Positions 42,807-55,414 of a DNA stretch of 64,000 nucleotides are shown here, piece after piece. The notes below the pieces were generated by a model. That model did no database searches. It saw only the letters and a program-made list of their open reading frames with translations, and was not told the origin of the DNA. The first letter of the stretch is position 1, and each line of letters opens with the position of its first letter. The DNA lies in the NCBI GenBank assembly GCA_023515725.1, contig JALDTO010000098.1, positions 584,164 to 648,163 of the forward strand, in the 5' to 3' direction. The DNA is from Amoeboaphelidium protococcarum X5. Lineage: Eukaryota; Fungi; Aphelidiomycota. A program made the position numbers and the translations under genes.

Positions 42807-43136
42807 GATCGTTCTAGAATATTGACAGCGATATGTGAATAAATCTCGAGAGAAATAGCAATATTATACTGTATGTTCAATAAAGGTGTTCGTTCACAAG
42901 CAAGGGAAGTAAATTCTGCAATCTTTACTTAAAGACGAGGTAAAGCGATATAGAACATTGATGAAGCGCGAGTAGAAACCGATTTAAAGATTTCACGCAC
43001 GCACGATGGATGTGGTCTCATCTACTTAAACGCGTCAAGAGGGGTAATAATAATATGCTTTTGATAAGAAAATAAGCTTCTTAGAAGAACAGCCAGGAGA
43101 TTTATATAGGCTAGACTCCCTTAACAACAAGTTCCG

Positions 43137-44513
43137 TCAACTATTCAATTATTATTATTAATGCGACGAAACTCTCTAAGATAACTCCTCATTCTATTTC
43201 CGAAGCTCAGCCATCTTAAGGGCATCCTACCGCCTGGCATTAACCAGTTCAGCAAACTTTTAATCACTAGAGCTTAATTGTCGCTGAAGACGTGAATTCT
43301 CAGCTCGCAGATGCTCGATATAATCGTTTTAAGTTGCTTACTTACTTTGAAACTCCATATTATCAGACTCTATACTGTGTACAGCCTTTAACAACTAATC
43401 GCGCTCTTCAGTTATTTCCATTAGGCGATACTTACAAGCTTTGAATTCATCCTATTAAGATTACAATTCCCGAAACTGTGTATTGTCAGCTTAGTACTAT
43501 TCCGCTTGAGATTTTAAAACTTCAATCTCCTTCCGACTGATGGTCAATTGACTATCAAGTTGTTGATTCTAATCTTTAAGACTAACTACTTCTTCAAGGG
43601 CTTTATCTCGCTATCTAATAAGCTACTTGCATTCATCACTCTAAGCTGAATAATCTGACCGAAGTTTCTTCATCTTGGCATTAATATCGTTCACATACTT
43701 GATATGCTTCTCTTTGACTAGCTCCAGATCCTTGGTCTCACGCGCAAGTTGCTATTACAATTAGGCAATATCATCTTTGAATTGTTTCCATTCATGATAT
43801 AGTTGGGCCTGTGGCTCTTTCACGTTCCACTCAGCTTCCTTACGACGTAGTAAAGATTGCTAATCTTGCTTAGAGCGTGTAAGCTAAATTTACAGATCAA
43901 AGTGGTCCAAATTTCGCATTAATCTATCATTATCATTATCATTAACAGAGTTTGAACTACATATATTCTTAATATCAATATTCTGAGCGTAGATTAAAAA
44001 CTCTTTTTAAGTCAGAATCTAGACAAGTAACTTCCATTACGCGTAATTCTACCGTGCATGTGTGCCAAGAGTGATTTAGATGATACTCGCGACGACACCA
44101 GAAGCCTGATTGTCACTATATTCCTTCTATGAGGTCAAAATAGAACAAATAATATCTTGCAAGATACATAGAGACTACTTAAAAGTACACAGCTAAAATT
44201 TATCTTGACATAGCCTTTGCAACACTAACAGAACGCGAGTCTATATTCGGATCACTGACGATTAGAGATCAGAAGTGGCAGCTGCACAGAGAGCACTTTG
44301 ACAGTTTAAAAGCAAGTCATCAACATCATCGGGAGTAGAAATACACTTATTTATCTCGGCAAGTAATTAATTAGAGGTAGTCAAGTCATCTGGTGCCACT
44401 GTGAGGTACTATTCTAAAAGTTTAGCCGGATTGGACATCCTCTGCGCTTTATCCTTCCTTCTCTTGAATTGTACGCGATTGGAATGAAACGGCGAAGCTG
44501 AACTTTATATCAT
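43137..44513 (-). CDS. Hypothetical protein, helical N-terminus with long coiled coil (458 aa)
   Basis: Open table-6 frame; E/K/Q heptad-rich C-terminal half. Confidence 0.6.
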
Positions 44514-44585
44514 AAACGCGCTTCCTACTGCAATTTTTATAATAAATTGGTGAAAAGACTTATTATTAACAAAATAGTAAGAGTT

Positions 44586-45474
44586 TCAGTATAATTTCAA
44601 TTCACCCGTCACTTTATCAATTTCTTCAGATGGTGCTACATGGTATGACAGTAAAAATATCTAAAGTTAATCGAAATCCAATACAAAACCACTCTTACCG
44701 GGTCCAATGCAGAGAACTGTTCGCGTACCTGGATCCAGCTGAGTATGACCAGCATCACAGATACTCTCGGCAACTAAGCTAAGACTTTGAGCAATAGCCT
44801 CCAACTCAAGCCTACCATCATAATCATCATTATACAACTTAGAATTACCATAATTAAATCATAAACTTACATGTGCTCTTCTGACGTGCATTTAAGCGTA
44901 ATCTTGGGCTGACCCTGTCGTTTCCAAGCTTGAACTGACTACACGAGATATTCCAACGTCGAAACAACATGAATAATTTAATTTAATCCGTTTCATCAAC
45001 TGAAATGCTCAAATAGACTTACAGAAGGAGACCGTTTCATGGACTTTTCATACGCGGCTAAGCATGCGTGGCAACACTACACACGACTGATCATCGTACA
45101 GAGTAGTCAAGATTAGGATATTTCGCCAAAAGTCGCGATATCATCCTTACCTGTGCAGCAGCCTTTCCTTTAGTCATCTAAATGTCAGTCCTTACGACAA
45201 GGACCATCTTGTGATCTTTCAGTTGATCCCACATGGATGATCGCCGTCCATTGCCATTATTAGGATCATCTTACCCAGTACTAAGATCTTCCGCGGATGA
45301 AGACATTTAGGACGACCGGCCAGTATTTTGGCGTACTTTTGAAGCTCTTTTCATAGCACTAGCTGACCGAGACTTTAACTGCACGGACAATGCATTCATA
45401 TGCCAATATCGATACAAAACCATGGTGAACAGTGATACAATAATGATCGACGCGACTGGACCAAAATTTTCCAT
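44586..45474 (-). CDS. PTH2: Peptidyl-tRNA hydrolase 2; introns 45077-45150, 44939-45022, 44812-44870, 44636-44698
   Basis: KMVLVVRTD..MTKGKAAAQC.HA, W..QGQPKITLK, DAGHTQLDPGTRTVLCIGPAP..IDKVTG.LKLY. Confidence 0.93.
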
Positions 45475-45567
45475 TATGCAATCTGAACGTTATGATGCAC
45501 TTGAAAAGAAGAAATCAAGGAATGTCAAAAATGAAAGATAGTTGATGTATATATTGTCACAATAATA

Positions 45568-46158
45568 TCATCTTAACAATAAGAAAAAGCCCAATCCAAG
45601 TATGTACATCCAGTACTTTTATAAGAACGTCTTGTCCTCTTGCTGATTTTGATCATCTACAGCTGGTTGGCGAACATTACCTTCTTGATCGACAATCAGT
45701 CGCTTCGTTTCCAATCTAGGCAGAGGTCCATTATGAGCCTGATGCACGCGCACTTTGACATTTTCTGAAGACATTTCTATATTCGCTGTGGGGCACGGAT
45801 ACTTGACGTCTGCATGGTAAACTTTACCATCATCTTTCTGGTGAATAGAAATTATCCAGTTACTATTGTCACTGCAGTACTCGCCAGCTTCAAGAATGGC
45901 GACACGTTTAGTCTCCAATCCAACACCCTTAATAGTTATAGCATGGTATACAGTCTAGTTATCTTTCGCTTAAACTAGCGCGGACTATTATGAAGCAGGC
46001 ACAAACACAAGATTATCCAAATCTATTCTACCGCGCAAAGTGAGTTCACCCAACCTGCCACTAACTAAATCTTTGAACAAGTTGGTTCTCTGATCATAAA
46101 CTTCAATCTGAGACGCAATGCAAACAGCGATAAGAAGCATCCACACACTTGTAATCAT
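45568..46158 (-). CDS. EMC10: ER membrane complex subunit 10-like (196 aa)
   Basis: Signal peptide, GPLPRL motif, C-terminal EDKTFLQKYWMYIL followed by TM. Confidence 0.7.
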
Positions 46159-46400
46159 CTTATTAATACCGGTAAAGTATGGCATTTTACTTGCAAATTT
46201 AAATATAAACGACGTGACAGTTCCGCTCTTGCTATAAAGCTGACAGCGACTGAGAGAAGAGCGGTTTGAAGAACGCGCGTTTGAACAGCTTGTAAGAGAG
46301 CTCTCCCCCCATTTCTTGACCGACTCTCGACTTCTTCAATAAACTCCATTGAGTCGGTACTTGATCGATATTGATATAATATTTGGCCGCGTATAAGAGT

Positions 46401-48011
46401 ATGTTCACGATATTTGTAATTATTGCGTATTAATCGCTGGTTTCTTACTTTGGATTTAAATTACTGAGGAGGATTTAACGCGGCGGTTCACTGTTAAATA
46501 AACAGCAGCGGATAGTCCTTGTCGGAGCATGTTTGGTTGCCGTTGCGTTACTGACCACTTCTACCACTCTGTATGTCCTGCTCACTTTGGAAATCATATC
46601 TGATCCATCTTACAGCTTGTAATAGACGTAGCGATGGCTCTTGTGGAAAATGAATATGCTTACTCTCATTCTCATTGTATCCGTAATATCTCCACTGATG
46701 CAGTTTTATATCGTATCCAATGATATATTTCCCTCTATTTCTAGACCATAGAGTTCATAATAGTCTGCATACCATAAATCTATAGCTAGAAGTCAATCGC
46801 TGCTTTAATCATTAAATCAAGATGGTATTCTAGCGAGCGTAAGTACACTAATACTGTTCACCATTTACGCTTACCTCTTTTACAAGGTTGGACTCGTATT
46901 TCCAGCCACCACCTAAACTCAGAATGGAACGTCCGGATTCTGGAATATTGAGTTCTATCAGAGCCGCATTGGTGTAATTGGCGTCGCTGTTATAGCTTCT
47001 CTGTCTGGATTCGGTTCTGTGAACAATTCATTTCAAGCACTAAGTCACTTTACTACCCGTGTCGCTGATCAAGATATTAGAGAAGCACAGAGGAAGATTA
47101 AACAGTTGATTGATGTTGTACTCGTCAAAAAGACTAGAATGTTGCGTATTAGGCAGCAGATTAGTTAGTTATAAATGCCCAGTGCATAATCTCAGGCCTA
47201 GTCATAAAAATGGTCATTGACTTCATGGTTTAGTTACTCGCCTGCCAGCTTTAAAGCTCAGAATTTGTAGTAAGAACTCTAAGCTTTACAGGAGGAAACT
47301 GCTATGCTTCAACAGTCTTTGTTACCTCCGCTCAAACAACATCTTGATCATCTCTAATATGCTCATGAACGAGATTAAGTAGTGAAGTAATTCAGTTATA
47401 AAAACAGGGCCATACTCAATCATTATCTGCAAATACAATTCGAGAATGGCCTCAGTCTAATTCTGTCACTATATTGTATTTATAAGCTGATCACATGTAC
47501 ACTTAACATCATGCTCGATCGACACTCGGGAAGTAGTGATCCAATCTCTCACTGGACCAGTATAGTCCTCAGTCATCTCTATGGATATTCATCTGATTCT
47601 GCGGAGGTTGAAGCATGGGCGTAGTGGTTCTCATTTGTATTTGTCGGTCTGATCATTATTGGAACTGTGCGTGGGCTGTTCATTCAACTGGCTAAGATGT
47701 TCAAGATGTTTGCCAAGTACATCAAATTTGCTAACATTATTCTCTTCTCCTCCTTCGTCCTGGGCATCTACTTCTTATCCTCAATTATGCTATTGCGTGC
47801 TAGTCTACCCATGAGATTTCGCGGTATAATCACATAGAATAGCGACAATCAATAGATGGAAGGTATAAATTTCACATTCTACTAGCGATGGTTTGATGTG
47901 ATCTTTGTGGCTAGTTCCCTAATTAGTGGTGTCATTTTATGGGTCTTACGCGCTAAAGAAGCTTCCTTCATGGAAACTGATCAATCATACTCTCTATCGC
48001 ACTATGCATGA
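46401..48011 (+). CDS. GPR89: Golgi pH regulator / GPR89 family (536 aa)
   Basis: SRIGVIGVAVIASLSGFGSVN, LSLYCIYKL, YFLSSIMLLRASLP..FR, FYQRWFDVIFVAS. Confidence 0.88.
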
Positions 48012-48199
48012 TATTTAACAAAGTGTTTATATATAACATTTACTTGCATCGTTGAACGATAGCTTTGTTCTAACGTCGCTCTGCTTTCTCTCTTTGTTCT
48101 CTCGCTCTCTGTTATTAAATTGCTTTGAATGTAACCAGTTATCATTGAACTAACTACCTTAGATTCAAAAAGCTTTAAGCAGAATACAATAATTAAATA

Positions 48200-48697
48200 A
48201 TGGAGTAGAATTAAACACTTTTTGTTGCTAATCTTCCTACAAATATGGACAAGAATAAACTGAAATAGCTTCTCTACTACCACTTTACTCCACATACTCG
48301 GGTTGGACAGATTATATGCTCCAAGGCTACGCGTCCGAATAAGCTTAAATCTACACAAGGTAATAGTGGCATTGGAGATAAATACAATGTAAAAAACTCA
48401 ATGAGAGGACAGGCATTCATTGTGTGTCATGATGTCTAAGGCGCTAAAAATGCTATGATTCAACTAAATGGTACACAGTTTCTGGGTAGAGTGTTGCGGA
48501 TAGAGTATGCGCGTTCCACCAGTCACATTGTAGACATGAAATCCAGGTATTAGGTGTAATAATAACAGCAAGATTAAGAAGTTGATCGGGAAACAGTATA
48601 ACATGGTCCACCATAAAGTAAAGGGGATTCTGTAAAGTAGAGACATGGAAATGATGTGGCGAGTGAAGAGAGCGATATGGAAGTAGACTCTGATTGA
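48200..48697 (+). CDS. U1A/U2B'' (SNF/Msl1)-family single-RRM snRNP protein (165 aa)
   Basis: NQTLFVANL..LKQLLYYHF, MRGQAFIV, LNGTQFLGRVLRIEYARS. Confidence 0.75.
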
Positions 48698-48749
48698 TCT
48701 CTGTTCTTGTATAGTGCATATACAGTATCTTTGTGTAAATCATTAATTA

Positions 48750-50781
48750 TCACTACTTATTATAAAGAGGACTTGCATTTTCTATAATCTATAGCTGACA
48801 TAGCTCAAGCATGATGCCGCCAATCTTGATTCTATTTGACGTGTCCACAAATTGATTCAGCGATGATAGTGGCAGTTTTTAATTAGTAACATCAGGCTAT
48901 GATCTTTTTAACTCTTACAGTTAGTCAATTAATTTCTATGACGCGTTTTTACTACTCTATACTATGCTCGCCTTAAATTACTACAACTTGAGATCATAAT
49001 AACGTTACAGCGGTTGAATGACATTCTATGAGTATTAAGAGTCGGCCTCTACCATAATTGAAGCAAGGAGATACGGCCATACTCTCTACAACTTTCCACC
49101 ATCAGTTAATAAATCAGCCAACTAACGCGGAATTTATCTGGAATTCAAACTTTATTAATTTCCATCAGAATGAGAGTATAACAGCTTATAAAAGATATAG
49201 CTAGACTCAGAGAGTTACAAAAACTTATCAACACTCTATTGATCAACCGCCATCAATCTCAACATCAACTGAAGAGTATTCATCACTTCTTTCACAATCT
49301 CTACATTCTAGATTACTGAATTCACCGAATGATAATCTAAAGATGATTGAAGACAATTTTCCAACTCTAAAATCACTCTGCTAGCCTTAATATGCTCGGA
49401 TATCTTCAACTCTAACACGACAGATGCAACATTACCAAATAGATTGCAAAACTTTTACTAATCCAAGTTCCCACTATAAAATTAAACCAATTTCTATAAA
49501 GAGTAGACAATCTTTTACTGGTACTTTATCCATTACGCGTCCCTTTGAGATACTAATTATTTTAATTGACTAGCAGTTTTCTACTCAATCTATGACAAGG
49601 TGATCAGATTAGAGATATCTGGCTTAAGCAGCTACTGACTGAGCCTGAATCTCAGCCTAAAATACTTATTCATATCGCGACAAATCTAAAATATAGATTC
49701 ATGATTGTCCACCAGGTAGTCAATCGACAGCAATCCAAGAGTATTCAGTCGTCCTAGTTCTTGCATTAATTTTCCATCCTTTTCTATCAGTCTACGTTAC
49801 TAAAATTATATCTGCTGCAACTAATTCTTCTTCCCTTTAGACGATCGACCATTATCATCGAGAGTATCTCCATGCTATAAAAGCAGATCGCGCCAATAAG
49901 AGGATGTATCCATACAATACCCATTATGGAGATTGATACTAAATGTATATGCAAATATCTTGTAATTCTAAATATCCTACAGCAATTATCTGCTACTTTC
50001 CTAGTCAAAGGACAATATTTTAGAGAGACAATATACAAATGTATCACGACTGGTACCATCATCATTAGTTGTATTGGACTGCAACTATTATAACAGCAAC
50101 AAGGAGGCCGCCTTCTATAATGATGACCCATCACGCTATGAGAACACATTAGACGTGTACAAATCTCTAATGAAAGGATCTATATCAACAGAGTAATTGG
50201 CGACTTGATAATCTTTTAAAATTCTAATGAACTCTTCTTGCAGTAATTGAGTCTTTATGATTTCAACCAGCTTGACGCAATTACAGACAGCATTCAGTAA
50301 GATATTTCTTGCCACATCATTTTCCATAATCTTGTCCAAATTCCATTAAATAAAATGTCCATTCTATACGCTAGTAAGGAAATCCACTAGAGATTACCGA
50401 TAAGATATTATACCACCTAACAGCTAATAGAACTGATTTAAGTACTTAATGTACCTGGCTCTACTCTAAATGGAATCAGCTGATTGTGATTAACGTATCA
50501 AATGAGGTAGATTAGAGTCAAAAAGCAGAATGCTCTCCTTCGCCAGCAGTAATTGTGACTATCCACAGAGTTTTCTTAAGGCGCGCTCCATAATATGCAG
50601 CAAGAAGGGAATATATTTAATGTCGCTGTGATATAAATTCTTTGAAAGAGCAATATAAAATAATGCTGATCTTAAGTTGATAGAAGAAGTTGACGAAGAA
50701 ACCAACGCGAGCTTTGTCGCATCTGATCGTTGGCGAAATGCAAAGCGCTTGCTTACTGATCCTCAGATGATGGAACAACAT
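48750..50781 (-). CDS. Hypothetical helical protein; 5' end uncertain (short first exon with GTAAGC intron, or ATG at 50591)
   Basis: Long table-6 frame ending at TGA 48752-48750; no recognised motif. Confidence 0.5.
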
Positions 50782-50959
50782 TTGTAACTATATCTGCACT
50801 TGCGATTTATAAGTGAAATTTGATGACTAGTCTGAATGGATCACGGTAAGAAATTCCCGAAATGGTAAAATATTAAGGTGAGAGCACTTAAAGAGTTAGC
50901 AAGTGAAACCGAAACTCCGTACTGTTAATAACAACTGATTCATTATAAATATCATGCGA

Positions 50960-51067
50960 ATGATAAATGCTGCAAATACTGTATTTTTCCACAAATTAAG
51001 CGAATTAGGGACAGCAACGGATTTTCACCGCCGATCAGACTGTTGCGCGCGAAGCCTAGACTGATCA
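50960..51067 (-). ncRNA. Predicted Fanzor omegaRNA (scaffold 51067-50979 plus guide read into the flank)
   Basis: 89 nt from the stop codon to the element end with GAUCAG/CUGAUC and GGCGG-UGAAAAU-CCGUU hairpins; same position as in characterised Fanzor/TnpB loci. Confidence 0.6.
50979..51005. repeat. Terminal inverted repeat at the Fanzor 3' end
   Basis: Reverse complement matches 54080-54105 at 23 of 27 positions (3 substitutions, 1 indel). Confidence 0.85.
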
Positions 51068-53322
51068 TTATTGAGGGGGAGGAGGATCGTATCGAAATGG
51101 AACCGGCCTTTCACCACCGTCACGATTTCTTGCCAGAAAGATGTAGCGAATGTTACGTGCCGCATTCGCATCACGGTGCCAGATAGCTAAGCAATTGTTA
51201 TTTGGACAATGCTTAATTCTCCATACTCGTGATTGAACGAGCTCACACTCACAATTACTACATCTTTGACTGGTTCGATACTCAGGGACCAAGCGGACTC
51301 TGCAGCGTTTCTTCAGCTCGTAAAACAACCGCTTGTTAGGAGTCGCAGGATATCCAGGAGAAGCAGTGTCAAAGTTGCCAGCGCCATATGCTATGATGGT
51401 GTTATGGTCTGTCAGATTTATGATCAAACATCCACATGGAGCCGCTGCGCCTCATGCCACAATATCCCCACACTAAGGTTAGAGGTGAAACGGACTCAGA
51501 TAAGGTCAAGTATGAGAATCTTTTCATGATAAGAAATACAGTAATTTTATATCATCTATTTTACTTATCATTTCTTAACACGGTCAAACTAACCATCTTG
51601 GCGGAGAGTTAACATACGCGCCAAATTGTCATAGGCCCTTCGACTCTTGGAGATTAGCTTTCTCCTCAGCTTTCGCCACATCTCAGGACGGTAGAAGCCA
51701 GTGAACGCATCTTTATGTTGCAGTACATACTGCAAATGTTAGATGATTCCCAGAAACGAAGTTGATTTTGCGGAAGGAATGTGGGTCATGGCATTAACGA
51801 CCTCTGGAGCTCTTTCATTCCATTCAGCCTTCTTCTTTTCACCAAACTTTTCTCCGTTGTCTTCACGCCATCTGGCAGTAGTGTACACCAGCTCATGCTT
51901 TCCATTTGCAAACGGCGTCTGATCGGTTGGAACATCTGGGATTCGGTAATCAGGACCACAAGAAGCAGCCAGAAGTACGCCACGATTGACGTCAATTCCG
52001 ATTACGCGAGTTTCATGGTTTACATCCGGTTCTTGATATTCGGTACCATCGAAAGCGAACCCGTAGCGGCTAGCAGGATAGGCAGGACGTAAAACGGAAG
52101 CAGAACAGCCAACACCATCGGATGTTATGGAGTAGCCAAAACGCCTTCTCTGATTTCCAGTGGTGGAGACCTTGTTTAATTTGAAACAATGTGACCACAA
52201 AGCTGGAGCATTCATTTAACGGACATCTGGCAGATTAGCAGCAACACAAATCTCCTTCAGTACATTGGAGGTGATCAGGATATGCTTCTGCGTAAATCCA
52301 TTTAAAGGCAACAACGCGTAAACGTTAAGCAGAGGACCTTCATTGTTCAGCAGATACTCCTCCTCATACATAATATGGTTATTTTCTAATGTACGAAGGA
52401 TACGCCACATGGATTTCAGATACAGATGCCAGTTGTTCTGAAGACTAGGCTTGTCCATTGGAAGATTGCAAACGATGTACTAACGTGCGCGCGTCTCGTA
52501 ATAGTCCAGGTAATATACCACCAATTCTCCGTTACCACAATTATTAATGATTTCTGCAGGATAAGGAGGCATTTCTTCAATATCTTCAGGCGGATCTATC
52601 AAGGCCAAGACGTAAATAGCAAGAGTATTTACATCATCTTCCTCCAAACAGAAGCCGAGATGCTTTCGAAACTTGTGGCGCAGCCATTGTTTCAGCCTTG
52701 ATGGCAAATTTGTGCTTATATGTCTAGCGCAATCGTCGTTGTGAGCTGAAGCCAAAGTAGTAACCATGTTCGACTAGCCTTGCATGTCACACCAAAACAA
52801 GTCAACGGGACGACGAGGAACATAGTGTGCTTCAATAAACTCGTTTAAAGCCGCCCAGTTGCAGGTATTACGATTAAACAGATCACGCCGCCTAGGATTA
52901 GCAATCAAAGAGCTGAAGAAGTTACGCATCTATCCATTTGCGCCAAAGCGGATGTCTGGCATTGGAGTGTCAGGATTGTATACCAAATGATTAAGCACGA
53001 AAGACAGAAGAAGTCTGCATGCTTCTACTTTGAGATCAGTACAACGCGAAACCAAATCGCTGATCTCTTGCTTTACCGCGTCAAGTTTGCAAAATACATT
53101 TAAACCGATAGGTACAGCTACTTAGGCTTCAGCCACAGGTATTCCCATATTGTCTTGTGGTTTGGCAGCATTTCGTGCACGAGGGACATAATTGGGACAC
53201 AGTTTACTGGATGAGCGCTTGTGATCGTCACGACCACATGCTTTGCAATGTACTTCTCGTTGACGTTTACGCGGCGGTAAGACACCATCTATATTTGCTA
53301 CTTCTATAGGGGGCTCTGCCAT
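51065..53322 (-). CDS. Fanzor (Fanzor1-like) RNA-guided RuvC endonuclease, about 690 aa; intron 51409-51593
   Basis: FGYSITSDGVGCS, RuvC-I VIGIDVN, IAYGAG, RuvC-II VPEYRTSQ, Zn finger CSNC...CPNNNC, RuvC-III WHRDANAARNI; seven in-frame TAA/TAG; GTTAGT..ACAG intron joins the frames exactly. Confidence 0.88.
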
Positions 53323-54079
53323 TTCTGATTTTATTGAAGAAAAGAAGTGAAACCTGTCCGATTGCGCTTTAATAGTAAAAAACCCAATTTAATGATAGGC
53401 AGAAAATGGCTCGGACGAATCTCATAATGGAGTCCCGCTTTGCCAAATCTTTATTTTAATCGCCAAGTTCAAGTAGTTACTATAAATAGGAGGAAGCAAG
53501 TTTTTGAAATGTGGTTGGAAAAGACTAATAAGAGATGATCAATATATTACTACTAAGTGGTGTTAATGTCTAAAGTAAATAGTGGTGATCGTTAGATCAG
53601 CGAGAGATCAGCGAGCGGATCAACCTTAGCTAGGAAGCACCGAAGTGGCGCAGGGATCAATATCGCTAACACAAGTTAACGTTAAGATCTTGACACAAGA
53701 TATAGACAGCCGCTTAAATGAGAAGTGACCAATGCGTCTATGAAACATCTAATGAAGTTAATCATCGGTTGATCAATAAACTATTTTATATTTTGATCAA
53801 GCGCAATACATTTTGTTAAATTTATATTACGCATTATTAAACGTCGGCTCACGCTTACTTACTAGTTTGTGGTATGTGCGCAATTATATTGGTACAAATC
53901 GAGGCTTAATGTAGAGAAGTGTCATAGTAAAAGAGTCTTCTCATTATGGCCAACCTTCTATTTTGAATTGGGATGCCAACACAAGTTTAAACATGCTCCT
54001 GATTGAAGAGTATTTGCAGGGAGTGAGAAACGCCCATATAAGAATTGTCGCGTTTGAAGGCGCACCTGACCTATTTGGG

Positions 54080-54105
54080 ATTCGCTTAAAATGTGAAAAA
54101 TACAT
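54080..54105. repeat. Terminal inverted repeat at the Fanzor 5' end
   Basis: Pairs with 50979-51005 and is followed by TA. Confidence 0.85.
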
Positions 54106-54188
54106 TAATGACGAGAAAACCATAATATTTTATTACTTCTACTTCATTTAATATCACGTCGCGAATCAAACTGCGCCTTGTTCACTTT

Positions 54189-54590
54189 TCAGTTGTCAGC
54201 AGCGGAGAGCACAAAGCTCATCTACGAACTGGAGTGACCATTGCTCATACATTGACCAGGAGTCTTGGCGTTGTATACACCAGGCAGAATTGGATAGCTG
54301 GCACTAGATAATGGAGCCAATACACAGCCATTTTTGCTAAAGATCTCAGCAACGTATTCGTCAGGACAATCAGCCTTCTGGGTGACTTTCAGGGATGAGT
54401 CGCCATAAGACACGCAATGGCCAACGACAGCGACAATTGGTTTATACGGACCAGAAGGCTAACCAGTGCAATTCTTGCTTGCGAAGGTGGTAAAATGAAC
54501 AGTGACATCGCCAATCTCCTGTGGCTTAGAAGGATGGGCAGAGACGGTAGCAATCACAGCGACCAAAGCATTAAAGATTACGGATTTCAT
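54189..54590 (-). CDS. Small secreted Cys-containing protein (133 aa), paralog of 39515-39922
   Basis: MKSVIFNALVAVIATVSA, NCTGQPSG, GHCVSYGD.SLKVTQKA, PGVYN.KTPGQC. Confidence 0.75.
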
Positions 54591-55414
54591 TTTCAGCGGG
54601 AATAGATTGAAAAGTCGAATTAGTATAATATGATAATTTAATATTGTAATGGAAAAGAAAATAGAAGGTATTAATGGCGAATTTATACTCAGGGATGATA
54701 TGCAACCTCATGTTATACAGAACGATGACAGGGGCTTCGTCGTGGCCATGTTTTAAAAACCTTCAGGTCTATAGTACAGTAATGGCAGAACGCGTGAAAT
54801 GTAGCGTTTGGATTTTCTGGGAAATATGGTACACTATGCAAGACCAATAACAGCTATGGAGCGTAATTAAAAAAACAAAGATGCAATGACTGTGTATGAA
54901 CTCGTGCAAACTTTGCTGATGAATTCTGAGTGTCTGTCATCCTAAAGAGTAGTTGAAACAACACGAAGTTTCCCAAGATTTGATATTTAATCTAGTTAGT
55001 CTAACGCTTCGGATTAGATACTAGCTTAACTTTCAATTGAATGGTACAAAATAATAACTGCCCATACCTATAAACACAGTGTTATGAAGGAGGTATCTAT
55101 TGCCATTCAGTAGTCAGCTAGATTTAAACGTTTTCTCCAATCTATTAATTACATACATTAAACTTAGCAAGCGATACATTCCTTGTTAGAGAATTTTACA
55201 ATAGCCCATTATGTTTACAGTACACGCGCTGCATTAGTTAGAATAACGCGAATCGTATCGTAAAGTGTACGCGCCGTTTACACGATCTGTTTCAGTGTCA
55301 CGCACACCCCCACTCTCCCCATTTAATGCCAAGATCCTGCCGTTCATCTCTCTTTCCCACTCCACTGCGGATACTATCTACCCCATATACCCTTTAATAG
55401 ATTAGTTTATATCA

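Larger units (their letters stand above)
50979..54105 (-). mobile_element. Non-autonomous Tc1/mariner-superfamily-like TIR element carrying a Fanzor gene
   Basis: TA|CTGTATTTTTCCACAAATTAAGCGAAT (50979-51005) and ATTCGCTTAAAATGTGAAAAATACAT|TA (54080-54105) are imperfect inverted repeats flanked by TA (50977-50978, 54106-54107). Confidence 0.82.
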
